64,000 nucleotides of DNA, taken from Thermoplasmatota archaeon (GTDB taxonomy: Archaea; Thermoplasmatota; E2; DHVEG-1). Both the position numbers and the translations under genes were made by a program. The notes below the pieces were generated by a model. The model saw nothing but the letters and a program-made list of their open reading frames with translations. It searched no databases and was not told where the DNA came from. Where the stretch lies: the NCBI GenBank assembly GCA_029939595.1, contig JAOZSQ010000002.1, positions 2,761 to 66,760 on the forward strand, read 5' to 3'. Each line of letters starts with the position of its first letter. Position 1 is the stretch's first letter. Shown piece after piece: positions 29,280 through 38,955 of the stretch.

Positions 29280-29407
29280 CCTTTAAATATAGAAAATAGC
29301 AATATGTTATAAATCATTTGTTTTTTTAAAATAACAAGTTCGGCATAAGTCGTAAAATACCATCTAAAATAATATAAATACCTTCATTTCTTAAAAAATA
29401 AGGTGAT

Positions 29408-31015
29408 TTGGAAGAAATGAAAAAAATGATATTTGTCAATTTAGTATCTCTAATTATTATCACTTTAATATTAATACAACCTGTATCCTCAAACATATCT
29501 TGTTCACAGAACGAAATAATCATTGTGGATAATGAAGGAGATGGTGATTATCAAACCATACAACAAGCAATAGATAATGCAAATTCGGGCGATATAATCC
29601 AAATATATAGTGGAATTTACAATGAGAAACTAATCATTCAAAAAGAAAGAATCACACTTAAAGGAATTGATCATGAATTGGGAGCTGGAACTGATACTGA
29701 ATATCCAATCATCAATGGAGATCAGATTGGAAATGTTATCGAAATATATGGAAAACATTGTCAAATAACATCATGTATCATCCAAAATAGTGGACATGGT
29801 ATTTTTGATGCAGGAATTTTCATTCTTTCAAATGAAGTAATAATATCTGCAAATGGAATTGTTAGTAATCAGTATGGTATTCTTGTAAATAATTGTACTG
29901 AAAACATTATAGAAAATAATTACATTCTTTCAAACACTATGGATGGGATATACCTTCTTTTCACAGAAGAAAACATCATTTCAAATAATATCATTAGGGA
30001 AAATGGTTTCCAAGGAATGTTTATGTATGAGGCAAATAAAAATACCATAACTGAAAACACTTTTTCACTGAATGGTAAAGATGGTATTCATCTAAGGAAT
30101 ACCTGTATGAACAATGAAATAACAAAAAACATAATTCATTCAAATAGTATCGATGGAATAAAAATAATGGATTCAAATGTTTATTATAATAATTTAAACA
30201 ATAATGAAATTTATTCAAATGGCTGGAATGGGGTTCATATTGTCAATGGACAATCAAATATCATATCCGATAATATGATTTATTTAAACTTATTAAATGG
30301 AATTCAAATTGGAAACGCAGATAACAATAGAATCATACGAAATACCATCCAAGACAATAAAGAAGAAGGCATTGTCTTTTTGTTCTCAGGATCTCAAAAT
30401 AATCAAATATACTATAATAATATAATTAATGATAATGCATTTGATGGTGGAAAAAACATATGGGATGATGGAAGAGATGCCGGGGGAAACTACTGGTCAT
30501 ATTACAAGGGGTTAGATGTGGATGGAGATGGCATTGGCGATACACCTTATATTATTGAGGGAATGGGAAATATGGATAATACACCATTCATTGACCCTTT
30601 ATATCCGCCTCAAACTCCAAGTCAACCAAGAGGGCCTACAATTGGAGTACCCGGAACAAGTTACACATATAGAACAACTTCATCAGATAATCTGCACAAT
30701 AAGATACAATATGGGTGGGATTGGAATGGAGATGATGTTGTGGATGAATGGACTTTTTTTTATTCACCTGAAGAACCATGTGAAACATCTTATATTTGGA
30801 ATCAAAATGGAACATATCAAATAAAAGTGAAAGCAATGGATGATCAGGGTTTTCAAAGTGATTGGTCACAACCATTATCAATTACGATGCCAAAAGATCC
30901 AAAAAACAAAATAGACATTATAGGAAATTTCATATTCAACTTTTGTCAACAGATTCTATATCGTATTTATGCTATAATTGTGGCTGACCAACAACCAAAT
31001 ATTGCAAAATACTAG
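29408..31015 (+). CDS. Secreted parallel beta-helix (NosD/CASH-like) protein ending in a PKD-like domain and an aromatic amphipathic C-terminal tail
   Basis: Signal peptide present. PbH1 repeats are present. The CASH C-terminal motif is DVDGDGIGDTPY. The PKD-like block is WDWNGDDVVDEW...NGTYQIKVKAMDDQGFQSDWS. The tail is PKDPKNKIDIIGNFIFNFCQQILYRIYAIIV. Confidence 0.65.
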   Translation: MEEMKKMIFVNLVSLIIITLILIQPVSSNISCSQNEIIIVDNEGDGDYQTIQQAIDNANSGDIIQIYSGIYNEKLIIQKERITLKGIDHELGAGTDTEYPIINGDQIGNVIEIYGKHCQITSCIIQNSGHGIFDAGIFILSNEVIISANGIVSNQYGILVNNCTENIIENNYILSNTMDGIYLLFTEENIISNNIIRENGFQGMFMYEANKNTITENTFSLNGKDGIHLRNTCMNNEITKNIIHSNSIDGIKIMDSNVYYNNLNNNEIYSNGWNGVHIVNGQSNIISDNMIYLNLLNGIQIGNADNNRIIRNTIQDNKEEGIVFLFSGSQNNQIYYNNIINDNAFDGGKNIWDDGRDAGGNYWSYYKGLDVDGDGIGDTPYIIEGMGNMDNTPFIDPLYPPQTPSQPRGPTIGVPGTSYTYRTTSSDNLHNKIQYGWDWNGDDVVDEWTFFYSPEEPCETSYIWNQNGTYQIKVKAMDDQGFQSDWSQPLSITMPKDPKNKIDIIGNFIFNFCQQILYRIYAIIVADQQPNIAKY

Positions 31016-31151
31016 TAATCAAAAAGACATTTGTTCAATGAAAATCCCGGATTTCTATGCAAGGAATACTGTTTTAAGCACTCTGCGATCTAGAATTGGA
31101 ATTATTAGTCAGCCTCAATTTTATATGCATTATAATAGAATATGTCTGAAT

Positions 31152-32189
31152 TCAATTTCTAAATGAAAAGATATTTCCAAAGATATTACTTATGGACCTT
31201 TCTATGATTAATTTAACAATATTGTTAAAAAACCGATTTAAAGCATACTTAGTAACATTTGACATAAAATCTGAGAATTTGCTTTCATGTATATGAATTG
31301 TAATTGTTTCAATATCCGAATTTCCATCTTCATCAGTTACGTTAAGTGATACTTGATAGATTCCAGGAATCCAGAATATGTGGGAGGGATTCTGTTCAGT
31401 ACTTTCCTTGTTTTTTGGAAGAAATCCATCATCAAAAAACCAATGATATGAATGATTACCATTATCGCTATCTAAACAATCACCATAGAAGTTTATTTTC
31501 TTTGGTGCTTTTCCGCTGATACTACTAGATGTTAGAATGGCATGAGGAATGTATTTTTCAATAACATTGATCTCAATGGATGTTGTTACTTCAATTCTAT
31601 TATCAAATGAAACAGTTAGCCAAACATAATATGATCCTGTTTCATTAAACCAGTGTATTGGATTTTGGATGTCTGATGTTGAACCATCTCCAAAATCCCA
31701 GTGGTATGAAGAGATCTTACGTTCAAGATCATATGCATTTCCTGAAAAATTAATCAATAATGGAGATTTTCCAACGGTTTTATTAGTAGTTATTGATGCA
31801 ATAGGTTTCTGATAATTTACAACATCGATTTCAATAGTATCGCTTGATTTTGCTCCTGCATTGTCCCATACCGTAATTGTTGCAAAAAAGGTTCCTTGTT
31901 TAGAATATGTATGTCTAATCATTTCTTTATCTGATTCCGAACCATCTCCAAAATCCCATAGAACTTTTTTTATATCTCCATCTTGATCATTATGAAAGCA
32001 AGAAAATGAAATAATTAATGGTGCAGTTCCATATGAAACATCTGCTTGTGCTTCTACAACAGGAATAATATTTTCTTTGAATGATTGACCAATAGTAATG
32101 CTTAGTGCGGATGTTATAATAATGATGCAAACAAATAATGCTAATGTTTTATTTTCCATATGCCCTCGCCATTGAATCTTGATAATCAA
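31152..32189 (-). CDS. Secreted protein with three PKD domains and a C-terminal amphipathic tail
   Basis: Three WDFGDGS/WHWDFGDGSTS PKD cores are present. The tail is KFSDFMSNVTKYALNRFFNNIVKLIIERSISNIFGNIFSF. Confidence 0.65.
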   Translation of the reverse strand: MIIKIQWRGHMENKTLALFVCIIIITSALSITIGQSFKENIIPVVEAQADVSYGTAPLIISFSCFHNDQDGDIKKVLWDFGDGSESDKEMIRHTYSKQGTFFATITVWDNAGAKSSDTIEIDVVNYQKPIASITTNKTVGKSPLLINFSGNAYDLERKISSYHWDFGDGSTSDIQNPIHWFNETGSYYVWLTVSFDNRIEVTTSIEINVIEKYIPHAILTSSSISGKAPKKINFYGDCLDSDNGNHSYHWFFDDGFLPKNKESTEQNPSHIFWIPGIYQVSLNVTDEDGNSDIETITIHIHESKFSDFMSNVTKYALNRFFNNIVKLIIERSISNIFGNIFSFRN

Positions 32190-32386
32190 AATATAATAAT
32201 ATCATATAAATATTTTGAATATATTAAAAACAAATTAAAAATAATAAAATCTTTTGGAGGTTAAAATTTTATTCAAAATTAACTTATAATACAATTGATT
32301 TCTTCAAGATTATTTACATTATTAACAAATAAATATGGAAAAGTTTATATTGATAATCTCATAATAACTAATATTGTTGTGAAAAA

Positions 32387-33088
32387 ATGAAAAAAACAAT
32401 ACTAATTGGTCTAAGTTTATCTTTATTTGCAATTCTTCTAATACCATCTGTTCCTGCAGTAGAATTATCCTTGGTTAAAGATGAACAAATAAAGACAATT
32501 ACTGAACAATTTTCAATAATTAGTCAAATCAGTGATTTTCATGAAAACGATCTTTTAGATAAACAAACAACAGATACTTTCAATTTATATTTTGAAGAAA
32601 TAATCAATAATTTTGAAAAAAAAATATTTGAATCTGATGCTGACGTTGGAAATGATGAGGGCGGTGAACCACGATTTTTCCCGTTTCTAGGGATTTTTAT
32701 TTATCTAGCGATTGCTTATGTTCTTCTTGCCATTAGTGTAATTGTCCTAAGGTTCATTGGAGGCGGAATTAGAGGCATCTTTCAAGGGATTAAATTAAAA
32801 ATTCTACAGTTCATAGGTTCTATTATTTCTATTGTAAGTTTTATTATAACTCTTGCTTTAAATATTGTAAAAGGTGCATTATCAACAGGCCTTAAAGTTG
32901 GAACATTTATTCTTGATGTTATTCTACTTATCTTTACTGGTATTTTTACAGTATTACTAATATTAATTCAAGGTATTGGAAATATTATTGCAGATATATG
33001 GAATGGAATTGGAACAATACTACAATTTATTTTGGAGATTATTAGTGTAATCATTGAGACAATATTTCCCAACATAGGTGTTAATTAA
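32387..33088 (+). CDS. Hypothetical membrane protein: signal peptide, soluble acidic domain and Gly/Ile-rich TM helices
   Basis: Hydropathy pattern only. Repeated I..GIG.I motifs occur in the C-terminal half. Confidence 0.35.
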   Translation: MKKTILIGLSLSLFAILLIPSVPAVELSLVKDEQIKTITEQFSIISQISDFHENDLLDKQTTDTFNLYFEEIINNFEKKIFESDADVGNDEGGEPRFFPFLGIFIYLAIAYVLLAISVIVLRFIGGGIRGIFQGIKLKILQFIGSIISIVSFIITLALNIVKGALSTGLKVGTFILDVILLIFTGIFTVLLILIQGIGNIIADIWNGIGTILQFILEIISVIIETIFPNIGVN

Positions 33089-33128
33089 CAATAAGAAATA
33101 TTAAATGGCTTTCATTGAAATAAAATAT

Positions 33129-33809
33129 TTATTTTTTCTCAGTTGATTTCTTCTTTTTTAGATATGGGACATTTGTTCTCTTATTATAACTGATTTCATA
33201 CTGTTTAGGCTTAGTACAAGGAGTTCCTTTTTCCGAAGATCCCTTACTAAAATAATATAATGTTTGCATTGTATCATTGCGCATCTTTATCTGTTGTTTA
33301 TTAAGAATATAGTCACCAATCTGTAAGAACTCAGGTTCTAAATCTTCTATTTCATCCTTTGATGTTTCTAATGGTATAAAAATAGATATGACATGTGACA
33401 TTAATAGATACATAAGTGCGACTAATGATGCAGTAAATAAGAGATAATAAATTAAAATATTTTCTTGATAATATAAAACCGAGGAAAGATTATAAATTAA
33501 TGAAAATGTGAAGAATCCAACTATAGTATAGTATGAACCGCGCTTTTGATTCAAGAACCCATATGGAATAATTCCTAGAATAATAAAATTTAAGATAAGT
33601 TCAAGACTAAATAGAATCGAAAAAAATGATATTGAAGTTAATTCTTCAATTTGTCCATTGACAAAACCAAAGAAGAAAACATGGAATAATAGGTTTATAA
33701 AACTCAACAATAATAATAGAATCATTGGTCCTAAGATACTTTTTGAACTTGATGATAATGTTTCTTTTACCATAAAACCACCCATATAATGGTAAATAGA
33801 TTTAACCAT
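33129..33809 (-). CDS. Hypothetical polytopic membrane protein with a basic C-terminal tail
   Basis: Five or six hydrophobic helices. No catalytic signature recognised. Confidence 0.35.
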   Translation of the reverse strand: MVKSIYHYMGGFMVKETLSSSSKSILGPMILLLLLSFINLLFHVFFFGFVNGQIEELTSISFFSILFSLELILNFIILGIIPYGFLNQKRGSYYTIVGFFTFSLIYNLSSVLYYQENILIYYLLFTASLVALMYLLMSHVISIFIPLETSKDEIEDLEPEFLQIGDYILNKQQIKMRNDTMQTLYYFSKGSSEKGTPCTKPKQYEISYNKRTNVPYLKKKKSTEKK

Positions 33810-33877
33810 AAAAACCTTCCTTTCAATAACATAAAAATTAATGAATTTAAAACCAGAGATAAAAAATGAAAGTACGA

Positions 33878-34600
33878 TTAGAGTTTCTTTGCAGGAATCC
33901 CTACATACATATTTCCTGAGATTAATCGTTGTTTTTTGGTTACAAGGGCACCGGCAGCAACTGTTACATTATCTTCAATGATTGCACCAGGCATGATAAT
34001 TGCTCCTGCACCAATCACACAATTATTTCCAATTGATACTGGATCTATAAGTATAGTTCCTTTTTCAAAATTATGTATATGGCCATAAATGATTGCATAT
34101 TCGCCCATTGTTGAATTCTTTCCAAACGATGTAACACAAGGATCTTTAATTACTCCACCAACTAGTGTATTTTTTCCAATTTTCATCCCCAATAATCGAA
34201 AATATGTATTTTTTAATCGACCAATTGGAATAATTTCTAGAATTTTTCGAATTGGTGTATATATTGATACTATAATCATCCATTTTAAAACATTTTTTTC
34301 ATGAGTTGAATATGGATAAGAACCAGGCATGTAATAAATATTAAATATTTTGATTATTAAACCTGAGAGGAATATTTGAGATAGCAGTAAAATAGATATT
34401 CCAAAATAAACAATAAATGGGAGAAGTAAAAGGGTCCAGTTAATGAAAGTAAAAGGAATAAAAATTTTTATGAATAAACAATAAAATATTATGGGAATAA
34501 ATCCAATTGAAAATATTATTATGCTTGAAAGTGGTATTATAAGGTAGGATAACAGGAATTTTTCTTCATTGTTGTGATCCTTTTTTTGTGTTGTCATCAA
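33878..34600 (-). CDS. Membrane-anchored hexapeptide-repeat (left-handed beta-helix) acyl/acetyltransferase
   Basis: Hydrophobic helices occupy the N-terminus. The C-terminal hexapeptide repeats are GNNCVIGAGAIIMPGAIIEDNVTVAAGALV. Confidence 0.6.
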   Translation of the reverse strand: MMTTQKKDHNNEEKFLLSYLIIPLSSIIIFSIGFIPIIFYCLFIKIFIPFTFINWTLLLLPFIVYFGISILLLSQIFLSGLIIKIFNIYYMPGSYPYSTHEKNVLKWMIIVSIYTPIRKILEIIPIGRLKNTYFRLLGMKIGKNTLVGGVIKDPCVTSFGKNSTMGEYAIIYGHIHNFEKGTILIDPVSIGNNCVIGAGAIIMPGAIIEDNVTVAAGALVTKKQRLISGNMYVGIPAKKL

Positions 34601-34759
34601 AAAAATAACATCTAAAAGGAAGTAATAAAATTAATGATTTAATTAGAATTATTGAAGAGAATAAATGTGTTAGAATGTTATAATTTTAATTTTTTGTAGA
34701 ATAACAACATTTATAATTCATAATGACCATAATTTATTTGGACAAATGAGTAATGCACA

Positions 34760-36355
34760 ATGGGGACAAAAAAATTAATTTCAATAATGCTTGTATTATT
34801 AATGTTTTCATCAATTTCTCAAATTGGAATTGCAACTCAGAAAACAAATCCACAATTAAAAGATTCAATTAAAGAAAAACTTGATCTTATACAAGATGCA
34901 ATTAACGATAAAAAAGCAGATTGGGTTGCTGGTCATAATAATATTTTTACAGATAAAATAGATTTTATTGAAGAGTTTCTTGGATGCAATCTCAATGAAA
35001 GTGAGATTATTAATCAAGATGAACCAATTTCAACTTCTGATCTTCCAGCATCTTATGATTGGAGGAATGTTGATGGATTGAACTATGTAACTTCAATAAA
35101 AAATCAAGCAAGTTGTGGAAGTTGTGTGGGATTTGCAACTATTGGTGCATTAGAGGCTGTTGTTCAAATTGAGGCAGGAGAAATTTTTGATTGTGATTTA
35201 TCAGAATCACATTTATTTTTTTGTGGTGGAGGTTCTTGTGGTGGAGGATGGTTTCCAGAAGAAGCTACTGATTTTGTGGAAAATGTAGGAGTAGTTGATG
35301 AACTCTGTTTTCCATATAGTTCTTATGATTTAAACTGTGATCAAAAACAATCAAATTGGAAATCGCGAGTAATTAAAGCAAAAAATACTGGATCTACCTC
35401 AGAAAATCAAAATATAAAAGATGCATTAATTACATATGGACCTCTTTTAACAACATTTAAAGTTTATGATGATTTCAGTAGTTATAATGGGGGCATCTAT
35501 GAGCACGTATGGGGAAATCAAGTTGGAGGCCATGCAGTAGTAATCATTGGTTATAATGATGATCCGGGATATTGGATATGTAAAAATAGTTGGGGTGAAG
35601 GTTGGGGTGAAGACGGATTCTTCAATATTAAATATAGAGAATGTAAAATAGATAAAAAGGTATATTTCTTTGATCAAATAATTGGAAATATTCAACCCTC
35701 AAAACCTAAAATCATTCAACCAATAAATGGGGAAAATTCTCTTGATACAGATATTACTCTTCAATGGGATCAAAGTTATGATATTGATGGAGATTTTATT
35801 TCATACGCTGTTTATTTAAATGAAGGTCATAAAATTGATTTAGATTCAGAACCAATTGTATCAGGACTAGCAACAAATTCATATGAAATCAATAAATTAA
35901 AAAAAGACACAATTTATTCATGGCAAGTTGTTTCAGAAGATGCACAAGGATCTCAACATAGCGTTGGAAAAAATTTATTTTTCACTCGATCGCCATTTGC
36001 GCCAATAATATCAGGCCCTAAACAAATTAAAAATGATAAATCCTATACATATATTGCCTCAACTGAGGATACTGATGGATCAGAATACTATTGGTTTTTT
36101 CAATGGGGTGATGATGAAAATTCAGGTTGGCTAGGCCCATATAATTCAGGTGAAAAAGTAAGTGCGAGCCATACTTGGAGCGATGATGGAGATTATACTA
36201 TTAAAGTTAGATATAAAGAAGATGGTATTGAAAGTGATGTGGGTTCGATAGAGATAAGCAACACAAAAACTAGAACGGGTTTTTTTAATTTCATTTGTGA
36301 GTTTTTAAATCACAATTTACTAAAATATTTTTTTCCACAACAATTATTTTTATAA
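34760..36355 (+). CDS. Secreted papain-family (C1A) cysteine peptidase followed by an FN3/PKD-like region and the shared PKD-like C-terminal module with tail
   Basis: Signal peptide present. The active-site Cys is QASCGSCVGFA, the His is GGHAVVIIGY and the Asn/Trp is KNSWGEGWG. The C-terminal block is FQWGDDENSGWLGPYNSGE...DYTIKVRYKEDGIESDVGS. The tail is KTRTGFFNFICEFLNHNLLKYFF. Confidence 0.75.
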   Translation: MGTKKLISIMLVLLMFSSISQIGIATQKTNPQLKDSIKEKLDLIQDAINDKKADWVAGHNNIFTDKIDFIEEFLGCNLNESEIINQDEPISTSDLPASYDWRNVDGLNYVTSIKNQASCGSCVGFATIGALEAVVQIEAGEIFDCDLSESHLFFCGGGSCGGGWFPEEATDFVENVGVVDELCFPYSSYDLNCDQKQSNWKSRVIKAKNTGSTSENQNIKDALITYGPLLTTFKVYDDFSSYNGGIYEHVWGNQVGGHAVVIIGYNDDPGYWICKNSWGEGWGEDGFFNIKYRECKIDKKVYFFDQIIGNIQPSKPKIIQPINGENSLDTDITLQWDQSYDIDGDFISYAVYLNEGHKIDLDSEPIVSGLATNSYEINKLKKDTIYSWQVVSEDAQGSQHSVGKNLFFTRSPFAPIISGPKQIKNDKSYTYIASTEDTDGSEYYWFFQWGDDENSGWLGPYNSGEKVSASHTWSDDGDYTIKVRYKEDGIESDVGSIEISNTKTRTGFFNFICEFLNHNLLKYFFPQQLFL

Positions 36356-36467
36356 TTTGGCAGATTTCCATAAAATAGAACAATTCAATATAATAAATAA
36401 CATAATTAAAAATTTAAAAAGTATATGCATTATTTTTTATAATAATGATAATTTAAAAACTATTGAA

Positions 36468-36720
36468 CTTTTTGGATGTAATCACAAATACGATAATTTT
36501 TTTTTACGATTCGTTTAAATTTTTAATAAAAGCCTTCATATAATATGTATCATAATTATAGCTGTGGTAATAATTAGTAGTGGAATCATATGTAATGTCA
36601 AGAAAAATATTAATTGTTTATTATTACATTTATATATTTCCCTTCTTGTTTTCATATACGCCCCTCCACTCTAATTATATTACCAATATAATCAAAATTA
36701 TAAATATCATTATCTATAAT
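36468..36720 (+). repeat. Copy A (orphan) of a ~230-bp repeated upstream/leader element
   Basis: It shares the blocks ttacgattcgttt(t)aaatttttaat.aaagccttcatata, ggtaataat...gtagtgga.t.atatgt, and ttcc.ttcttgttttcat.t...cccc.ccact..aa...atattacca with copies B and C. No ORF follows it. Confidence 0.7.
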
Positions 36721-36777
36721 AAAATTATGATTTTAAAAAACAATAAAATTTAAAGATAAAAATGATTGAATAAGCTT

Positions 36778-37018
36778 ACTTTTTGGATGTAATTACAAAA
36801 AGATTATATTTTTTTACGATTCGTTTTAATTTTTAATGAAAGCCTTCATATATTTCTTAATATCATTGTGTGTTAATACTAACGGTAATAATGATGTAGT
36901 GGATTAATATGTTTACAAATATTAAGGCTAATATTCCTAACATTGTAATATTTCCTTTCTTGTTTTCATGTTTACCCCGCCACTACAACAATATTACCAA
37001 AAAAATAGGGGGTCATAA
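36778..37018 (+). repeat. Copy B of the ~230-bp repeated element, immediately upstream of the 37019 BNR-protein gene (includes the GGGGG Shine-Dalgarno-like site)
   Basis: Same conserved blocks as copy A. It ends in aaaaatagggggtcataaATG. Confidence 0.7.
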
Positions 37019-38641
37019 ATGACAAAAAAAAGAAATTTTAATATGAAAAAAGTTATAATGTTAGGCGTAGTAATGATGCTTTGTTTAACGGCAATTCAAT
37101 TTGGAACAGCATCAGAAGAAATAAATGAAAATGATTTAACGATAAAAAAGTTAAATTCAGTTAGGCAACATAGAGAAGTATCATTAAAATCTGAAAAATT
37201 AACAAAAGAAAAACATATTCAAAATGATTACAACTCAATTGCAATTAATGGTAACATGCCAATTATGATCACAGAATCTGATTGTCAAAACCCTGTTATT
37301 GCAACAGATGGAAATAATATTCTTGTAATGGCCGAGGAATATCAAGGCTCAATGTCATCTGATTTAATAATGACTTATTCATCAGATGCTGGAAATACCT
37401 GGTCAGATTTATCTGGTTTTATAACAGAAGATATATTTGAGGAAAAAGCATCAATTGATTATTGTCACAATGGTGAATTTCAGGCATATGGTACATATTT
37501 ACCAGATCCAATGGTTGGAACATTATCTTTAATTCATTTTCCAAGTATGATTGATCCAGAAATGGCCTATAAAGATTCAGAAGGTTGGACAATGTGGTCT
37601 CTTGATCTTTCAACGTTTAATGATTTTTATAGTATAGATGTTGCAGGATATCCTCATGGATCAATTGCACCGGCACCAGATTTCCATGGTGTCGTAACAG
37701 TGATTGGCAATAATGAAGATGGTGAAACAATAGAAAATTTTTATGAGACTGAAGGTAATGGGATAGGTGCATGTTTTTTATCATTTGTAGGGGATTTAGG
37801 AGATAAAATATCTATAGATATTGACATTTCAACAGCAACATATTATGAGGCAATGGAGCTGAGTAATGAACCAGACATGATTGAAGATGGAGTATTTTTA
37901 GAATCATGTTGGGTTGAGCCTGGAAATGAAAACTGGTGGGAAAATGATTGGCCAGTATTTATTTTTGAAGGAGCACATAATCCTGATATCGTTGCAGGTG
38001 GTGGTAGTTGTTATTGTGTCTGTGAAGTTGGAAATGACATCGTATGTTATTATTCAAATGATAATGGTGCAAATTTCCAATCAAAAACTATAGCAAGTAA
38101 TGGAAAATATCCTGCTGTTTCAATAATAGATAACACTGTAATTTGTTCATTTACTCGAGATAATAACATTTTTACAGTTGTTTCAAAAGATAATGGAAAT
38201 ACGTGGGAAGAAACAAAGATAAATGATGTAAGTGGAAGTGCAATTGAGCAGATGCAATGTACTGATGTTTCAGGTTCAAATGTGGTCTGGACCGATGATA
38301 GAAATGGTAACTATGGAGTATACATTAGTAGTGCAGCAGAAGTAGAATTCCCAATAGTAGAAATTCAAAGTATTTCTGGAGGTTTTGGTCTTTCTGCAAA
38401 CATTATAAACTCTGGTACCGCTGATGCAAATGACATTGATTGGAGTATAGCTTTTGATGGTGGCGTTTTTATTGGCGGTGAAACATCTGGAACAATTCAA
38501 ACTCTTGCAGCAGGAGAAAGCACAACTGTTAAAACTGGATTAGTTTTTGGAGTTGGAAAGACTGATATAACAATATCTGTTGGTTCTGCATCTGAACAAA
38601 GATCTGGAAATGTTTTTCTATTTTTTGTACTAGGGATATAA
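37019..38641 (+). CDS. Secreted BNR/Asp-box repeat protein (sialidase-like beta-propeller) with a C-terminal CARDB-like region
   Basis: Signal peptide present. Asp-boxes are YSSDAGNTWSD, SNDNGANFQS and SKDNGNTWEE. The C-terminal block is VEIQSISGGFGLSANIINSGTADANDIDWSIAFDGG. Confidence 0.55.
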   Translation: MTKKRNFNMKKVIMLGVVMMLCLTAIQFGTASEEINENDLTIKKLNSVRQHREVSLKSEKLTKEKHIQNDYNSIAINGNMPIMITESDCQNPVIATDGNNILVMAEEYQGSMSSDLIMTYSSDAGNTWSDLSGFITEDIFEEKASIDYCHNGEFQAYGTYLPDPMVGTLSLIHFPSMIDPEMAYKDSEGWTMWSLDLSTFNDFYSIDVAGYPHGSIAPAPDFHGVVTVIGNNEDGETIENFYETEGNGIGACFLSFVGDLGDKISIDIDISTATYYEAMELSNEPDMIEDGVFLESCWVEPGNENWWENDWPVFIFEGAHNPDIVAGGGSCYCVCEVGNDIVCYYSNDNGANFQSKTIASNGKYPAVSIIDNTVICSFTRDNNIFTVVSKDNGNTWEETKINDVSGSAIEQMQCTDVSGSNVVWTDDRNGNYGVYISSAAEVEFPIVEIQSISGGFGLSANIINSGTADANDIDWSIAFDGGVFIGGETSGTIQTLAAGESTTVKTGLVFGVGKTDITISVGSASEQRSGNVFLFFVLGI

Positions 38642-38740
38642 TAATTATCCCACATCTTCTTTTTTTTATTTTCAACATAATAATGAACCATATTGGGAAA
38701 ATAATTAATATAATTTGAATGAAACAACAAAAAAATAAAA

Positions 38741-38955
38741 AATTTTTACTGTTTGTTTAAAGATTCAATAAAAGCGTTCATATATTTGTTATTATGATTA
38801 TAATATAATAATATTGGTAATAATCATGTAGTGGATTATATGTATATGCAAGATGTCAGACATAGTATCAAGTCATAGAAATTTCGCTTTCTTGTTTTTA
38901 TATTTACCCGGCCACTACAAAAATATTACCAGAAAAATTAGGGGGTAAAAAATAA
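38741..38955 (+). repeat. Copy C of the ~230-bp repeated element, immediately upstream of the 38956 BNR-protein gene
   Basis: The conserved blocks are aaagcgttcatata, ggtaataatcatgtagtggattatatgt, and ttcgctttcttgtttttatatttacccggccactacaaaaatattaccagaaaaattagggggtaaaaaataaATG. Confidence 0.7.

Noticed and set aside
33129-33809. Polytopic membrane protein considered as a candidate archaeosortase/exosortase or CPBP protease for the C-terminal tails
   Set aside because: No conserved Cys/Arg/Asn sortase triad in TM helices, no EExxxR/FxxxH CPBP motifs, no rhomboid GxSG. There are too few helices (about 5-6, 226 aa).
36468-38955. Three-copy ~230-bp repeat considered as template/variable repeats of a diversity-generating retroelement
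   Set aside because: The copies are intergenic and upstream of genes, not at the 3' ends of ORFs. No reverse transcriptase gene is in the window. Differences between copies are not adenine-specific.
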